A stretch of DNA of 64,000 nt from an uncultured Actinomycetota bacterium (GTDB taxonomy: Bacteria > Actinomycetota > Actinomycetes > S36-B12), in the NCBI GenBank assembly GCA_963749905.1, contig CAVVOF010000003.1, forward strand, positions 642,806 to 706,805, read 5' to 3'. Below the pieces are notes generated by a model that made no database searches, was not told the origin of the DNA, and saw only the letters and a list, made by a program, of their open reading frames with translations. Below are positions 60,125-64,000 of the stretch, piece after piece (within the stretch, counting starts at the first letter, position 1; each line of letters opens with the position of its first letter). A program made the position numbers and the translations under genes.

Positions 60125-60769
60125 TCAGCTCGTGCTGGAGGGGGTGGGCTCGCTCTCCGTCAACGGCCCGGTGCCGTCCTGCTCGCCGTAGCCGCGGCCC
60201 TGACCTTGGCCCTGGCCGAAGCCCTGACCCGGGCCCTGGCCCTGGCCGAAGCCCTGACCGCCCTCGGAGTGCCGGCCCTCACGACCGCCGCCCAAGCCCT
60301 GCTGGCCGTCCTGGTGACCCGGCCGAGCGCCCTGGCCGCCACCGAAGCCCTGCTGGCCGTCCTGTTCGCCTTCACGTCCACCGCCCTGGCGTCCGCCCTG
60401 GCCTGGCCCGACCGGGCCGCCGGCCTCGGGGCCCTCGCCCCACTGCTGCGCGGACCGATCCATCCGCCAGTCGTCGCCGTCACCGCCCGTTGCGTGACCC
60501 ACGGCGAATCCGACGGCGCCGGCGACCACGATCATGCCGGCGGCGACCACGCCGCCGACCACCTCGAGGATCGTCCGGGTGTGGTTCGGATGCGACGTGG
60601 CCGACGCGGAGGCCGGCACCGCGGCCGACCCGACCGGCGGGGAGGCCACCGTCGGCTCGTCAGCCGCCACGGGCTGCTGGTCCGCGAGCTGCAGGGCCTC
60701 GGTGGGCGTGCTGTCGGGGTTCCCGGTGCCCTCGGGCTGATCGTTCTGCGGGGTGGTCTCGTCACTCAT
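60125..60769 (-). CDS. membrane-anchored Gly/Gln-rich low-complexity protein
   Basis: Acidic/Pro-rich N-terminus, one TM helix (ILEVVGGVVAAGMIVVAGAVGFAVG), then GQGFGQGQGPGQGFGQGQGQGRG-type repeats encoded by tandem GCCCTGGCC/GCCCTGACC units. Confidence 0.6.
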   Translation of the reverse strand: MSDETTPQNDQPEGTGNPDSTPTEALQLADQQPVAADEPTVASPPVGSAAVPASASATSHPNHTRTILEVVGGVVAAGMIVVAGAVGFAVGHATGGDGDDWRMDRSAQQWGEGPEAGGPVGPGQGGRQGGGREGEQDGQQGFGGGQGARPGHQDGQQGLGGGREGRHSEGGQGFGQGQGPGQGFGQGQGQGRGYGEQDGTGPLTESEPTPSSTS

Positions 60770-60852
60770 CGTGGCTCCTCAGTCATCTGTATCGACGGTG
60801 CCACTGTGCCCGGGCAACGTCAGCGGTCGATGTCGCTGATGTTCGGGAATGG

Positions 60853-61410
60853 TCAGGTCGCCGGGCAGGCACCCCAGCGACCGACCAGGCCGGCTCGTGC
60901 CGCGGACTCCGCGGCCGCGAACTCGGGCTGCCAGGCGAACCGGCTCGAGCCGTACTGCCGCTCCTCGGCGTACCCGCCGACGATCGCCTCCAGGTTGAAC
61001 AGTCGCAAGGTGCCGTCCGGAAGCTCGCGCCAGACGTAGGCCAACGCGCGGTCGTAGGCATCTGTGCGCCCCTGCGAGTCGTCGAACTCGAGCGTCACCG
61101 TTGCGCCACTCAGCAGGTCCTTGGCGAAGTCGGACGCCTCGGGGCCGAAGCACTCGACCGGAGCGTCCTGCTTGACGGTCTCCGGGGTGTCGATCCCGAT
61201 CATCCGGACGCTCACGCTCTCGCCGTCGATCCAGACGCGCACGGTGTCCCCGTCGACGACGCGGTCGACGCGCAGGTTGGCCGAAGTATCGCCGCGCGGA
61301 GCGAGCGACGGATCGACGGACGGTGCCGCCACCTCGGTCGCGCCACCGCCGCACGCTGACGCCGACAGCACTACGAGAAGCGCACTGGCGAGGGTCCTGC
61401 GCGTGGTCAT
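60853..61410 (-). CDS. thermonuclease (staphylococcal nuclease-like) lipoprotein
   Basis: Lipobox LLVVLSASAC. VVDGDTVRV...IGIDTPET...DRALAYV SNase motifs. Confidence 0.85.
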   Translation of the reverse strand: MTTRRTLASALLVVLSASACGGGATEVAAPSVDPSLAPRGDTSANLRVDRVVDGDTVRVWIDGESVSVRMIGIDTPETVKQDAPVECFGPEASDFAKDLLSGATVTLEFDDSQGRTDAYDRALAYVWRELPDGTLRLFNLEAIVGGYAEERQYGSSRFAWQPEFAAAESAARAGLVGRWGACPAT

Positions 61411-61427
61411 AGCCGCACGCTAGTGCG

Positions 61428-62375
61428 ATGAATGTCGGGCTCATGAGGCGAGAAGGGTCCTGTGGATGCCAGACTCTCGCTGTGGCGAAGAAGCACAAGG
61501 ATCCGCATCGGCGATCGAGTGACCTGCCCAAGCGCATGCCCAAGCCCCTGTACGAGAAGGAGCTCTACCGGCTGCAAGCCGAGCTGGTGAAGCTCCAGGA
61601 GTGGGTGCGGCTCGAGGGCGTGCGCGTGGTCATCCTGTTCGAGGGACGGGACGCAGCCGGAAAGGGCTCGACGATCAAGCGGGTGACCGAGTACCTCAAC
61701 CCGCGCGTCGCCAGCATCGTCGCGCTCCCGGCTCCCACCGAACGCCAGCGCACGCAGTGGTACTTCCAGCGGTATGTCGAGCACCTGCCGGCCGCCGGCG
61801 AGATGCGGCTGTTCGACCGGTCCTGGTACAACCGCGCCGGCGTCGAGCGGGTCATGGGGTTCTGCACGCCCGACGAGTACCGACGGTTCCTGCACCAGAC
61901 GCCCATCTTCGAGCGACTGCTCGTCGAGGACGGCATCATCCTGCGCAAGTACTGGTTCAGCGTCAGTGACGCCGAGCAGGAGCGCCGGTTCGCTTCGCGC
62001 CTCCAGGACCCGATGCGCCAGTGGAAGCTCTCCCCGATGGACCTCGAGTCCATCACGCGGTGGGAGGACTACTCACGCGCCAAGGACGAGATGCTCGTGC
62101 ACACGGACATCCCCGAGGCGCCCTGGTACGTGGTCGAGGCCGACGACAAGCGACGGGCGCGGATCAACATGATCCACCACCTGCTCTCGACCGTCCCGTA
62201 CTACGCGGCCACCCGTGCGCCGCTCGCTCTGCCCACCCGCCCGGCCCCGAAGGGCTACGAACGGCCACCGCGAGAACTCAGCCACTACATCCCGGACCAC
62301 GCTGCCACCGTCCTCGGGGAGCCCACACGCACGCCTGACACGCCGTTCAGCGTGGCGCCGCACACCCCGATCTAG
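61428..62375 (+). CDS. ppk2: polyphosphate kinase 2
   Basis: FEGRDAAGKGSTIKRV, FDRSWYNRAGVERVMGF and WKLSPMDLES motifs. The start is ATG 61428 or 61443. Confidence 0.9.
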   Translation: MNVGLMRREGSCGCQTLAVAKKHKDPHRRSSDLPKRMPKPLYEKELYRLQAELVKLQEWVRLEGVRVVILFEGRDAAGKGSTIKRVTEYLNPRVASIVALPAPTERQRTQWYFQRYVEHLPAAGEMRLFDRSWYNRAGVERVMGFCTPDEYRRFLHQTPIFERLLVEDGIILRKYWFSVSDAEQERRFASRLQDPMRQWKLSPMDLESITRWEDYSRAKDEMLVHTDIPEAPWYVVEADDKRRARINMIHHLLSTVPYYAATRAPLALPTRPAPKGYERPPRELSHYIPDHAATVLGEPTRTPDTPFSVAPHTPI

Positions 62376-62396
62376 GCGCGCCTCCCGAACGGTGGT

Positions 62397-62936
62397 CTAG
62401 TTCCAGCGCTCGCCGGTGATGTCCGTCAGGTGGTGGACCGGGTCGTGGACGATGTAACGGGCGAACGACTCGACGGTGAAGGATGATCCGTCGCCTCGAC
62501 GCCCCGGCCGAGACCACGCATCGTCGGGGACGGCCTCGAGATCCGCAGCGAAGGCCTCGGCCGCACGGACCATCTGCTCCGTGGCGACCGCCGGATCCTG
62601 GTGGTAGTAGTCGTCCTCGATGGCCGCGGCGTCCGGGTCCCAGTTGGCGTACAGAGGATCGTCCTCGGTGAGCATTCGCTCAACCCGCATGCAGGCAAGG
62701 TCGTAGACGTCGCGCACGTGGCAGGTGTACTCGGACGGCGACCACACCGCGGGCCGGGGACGCTCCGTGGGCGCCGAGTGCTCGGCCATCGCCCCCGCCC
62801 AGCGGTCGGCGACCTCGCGGATGATGGCGGACAGCTCTGCGCGATCCGGCGATCGGGTGTCGAAGCCGCACTCGGGACACGCCTCCCCCAGCACCCAGGT
62901 CCAGTCCTTCGTGTCCGGCTCAGGCTGCTCAACCAT
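62397..62936 (-). CDS. DinB-family protein
   Basis: 179 aa from the ATG at 62936, with a C-terminal FARYIVHDPVHHLTDI. The longer ORF-track extension to 63722 is antisense to the SulP gene. Confidence 0.8.
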   Translation of the reverse strand: MVEQPEPDTKDWTWVLGEACPECGFDTRSPDRAELSAIIREVADRWAGAMAEHSAPTERPRPAVWSPSEYTCHVRDVYDLACMRVERMLTEDDPLYANWDPDAAAIEDDYYHQDPAVATEQMVRAAEAFAADLEAVPDDAWSRPGRRGDGSSFTVESFARYIVHDPVHHLTDITGERWN

Positions 62937-62972
62937 CCGCCAAATGTAGGTCCTCAGCCCTACCGTGGTGCC

Positions 62973-64000
62973 GTGACGAGCCACATCGGGGTGCAGCGCC
63001 TGCTGCACTATGACCGTCGCGACCTGCGCGGCGACCTGCTCGGAGCAGTCACGGTCACCGCGTATCTCATCCCACAGGTCATGGCCTACTCGGCGCTCGC
63101 CGGCCTCCCCCCGCAGACCGGCCTCGTCGTCATCGTCGTCGCGATGATCATCTACGCGTTGATCGGCTCGTCGCGCCTGCTGTCGGTCGGACCTGAATCC
63201 ACGACCGCACTGATGACCGCAGCGGTGCTGGCGCCGATCGCCGCCGGAAGCGCCTCGCAGTACGCGGGCTACGCGGCGTTGCTGGCGCTGCTGGTCGGCG
63301 GCTTCGCGCTGCTGTCCGGACTGCTCAAGCTCGGATTCATCGGAGACCTGCTCTCGAGGCCGGTGCTCATCGGCTACATGGCCGGCGTCGGCGTGATCAT
63401 GATCACCAGCCAGCTGGAGAAGATCACCGGCGTCGACGTCGCGGGCAACACCTTCCTCGAGGACGTCAGCTCGTTCGCGCGTGGCGTCGCATCGGGCGAC
63501 GGCAACTGGCAGACCCTGGTCCTCGGCCTCAGCGTCGCCGGACTGCTGCTGTTCTTCACGCCGCGGTACCCCAAGCTGCCCGTGCCATTGTTCGTGATGC
63601 TGCTGGCAACGCTCGTCGTGGCGGTCTTCGACCTGGCGCGATTCGGGGTCGAGACGGTCGGAGAGATCTCCATCACCGGACTCCAGCTCGGGCTGCCCGC
63701 GATGGATCTCGACGCCCTGCAATTGCTCCTGCTACCGGCGCTCGGCATCTTCGTCGTCGGGTACACCGACAACGTGCTCACCGCGCGTGCCTTCGCCACC
63801 CGCACCGGTACCAGCGTGCACAACAACCAGGAGTTCCTCGCGATGGGATCCGCGAACGTGGGCTCGGCCCTCGTCGGCGGCTTCCCCGTCAGCTCCAGTG
63901 CCAGCAGGACCGTCATCGCCGAGGCAAGCGGTGCCCGCTCGCAGGTGTATTCGCTGGTGTCCGCAGCGCTCGTCGTCGTCTCCGTCCTGGTGTTCGCCAG
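62973..64000 (+). CDS. SulP-family anion transporter, 5' part (runs off the window)
   Basis: My own translation gives LRGDLLGAVTVTAYLIPQVMAYSALAGLPPQTGL...GPESTTALM...FPVSSSASRTVI, the canonical SulP motifs. It is absent from the ORF track because no stop falls in the window. Confidence 0.85.
   Translation, partial: MTSHIGVQRLLHYDRRDLRGDLLGAVTVTAYLIPQVMAYSALAGLPPQTGLVVIVVAMIIYALIGSSRLLSVGPESTTALMTAAVLAPIAAGSASQYAGYAALLALLVGGFALLSGLLKLGFIGDLLSRPVLIGYMAGVGVIMITSQLEKITGVDVAGNTFLEDVSSFARGVASGDGNWQTLVLGLSVAGLLLFFTPRYPKLPVPLFVMLLATLVVAVFDLARFGVETVGEISITGLQLGLPAMDLDALQLLLLPALGIFVVGYTDNVLTARAFATRTGTSVHNNQEFLAMGSANVGSALVGGFPVSSSASRTVIAEASGARSQVYSLVSAALVVVSVLVFA

Noticed and set aside
60180-60420. Regularly spaced short DNA repeats that might be mistaken for a CRISPR-like or VNTR array.
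   Set aside because: The units are 9-nt degenerate in-frame repeats encoding the Gly/Gln-rich tail of the 60125-60769 ORF. There are no spacers and no cas genes.

Overview
High-GC (roughly 70%) gene-dense chromosomal segment, most likely from an actinobacterium. All calls come from reading the supplied ORF translations and the raw sequence by eye; no searches were run. About 60 protein-coding genes can be supported. No rRNA, tRNA, CRISPR array or transposase is visible.

Recognisable modules:
- 0.5-1.6 kb: a YefM/RelE-like pair.
- 14.2-16.3 kb: two back-to-back nucleotidyltransferase-based toxin-antitoxin-like pairs (XRE + NTase; HTH-MNT + HepT), each with a perfect palindromic operator candidate.
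- 16.3-20.9 kb: a three-gene ABC/FtsX exporter.
- 21.0-24.3 kb: a decayed SARP-cyclase-STAND regulator.
- 37.2-40.7 kb: a type III polyketide synthase cluster (PKS, ICMT-type methyltransferase, FAD oxidoreductase, UbiA prenyltransferase).
- 42.3 kb: a rifampin ADP-ribosyltransferase (arr).
- 50.2-59.4 kb: a sulfur-trafficking/oxidation cluster (ArsR, rhodanese-MBL, DsrE-like, TusA, FeS-NrfD fusion, cytoplasmic molybdopterin oxidoreductase, two TauE exporters, MoeA).

The most unusual signal not explained by genes is a family of five exactly 61-nt imperfect palindromes (CCGAGACCTGCTGG...CCAGCAGGTCTCGG) in intergenic spacers between 29.3 and 40.8 kb. Two 70/71-identical copies bracket a 2.9-kb surface-protein gene.

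A second window-wide feature is at least 15 single-base frameshifts that split otherwise well-conserved genes. Fourteen behave as one extra base, and many sit in short G/C runs. This may be sequence error rather than biology. I did not find a gene set that I can confidently call a new system; candidates are ranked under findings.
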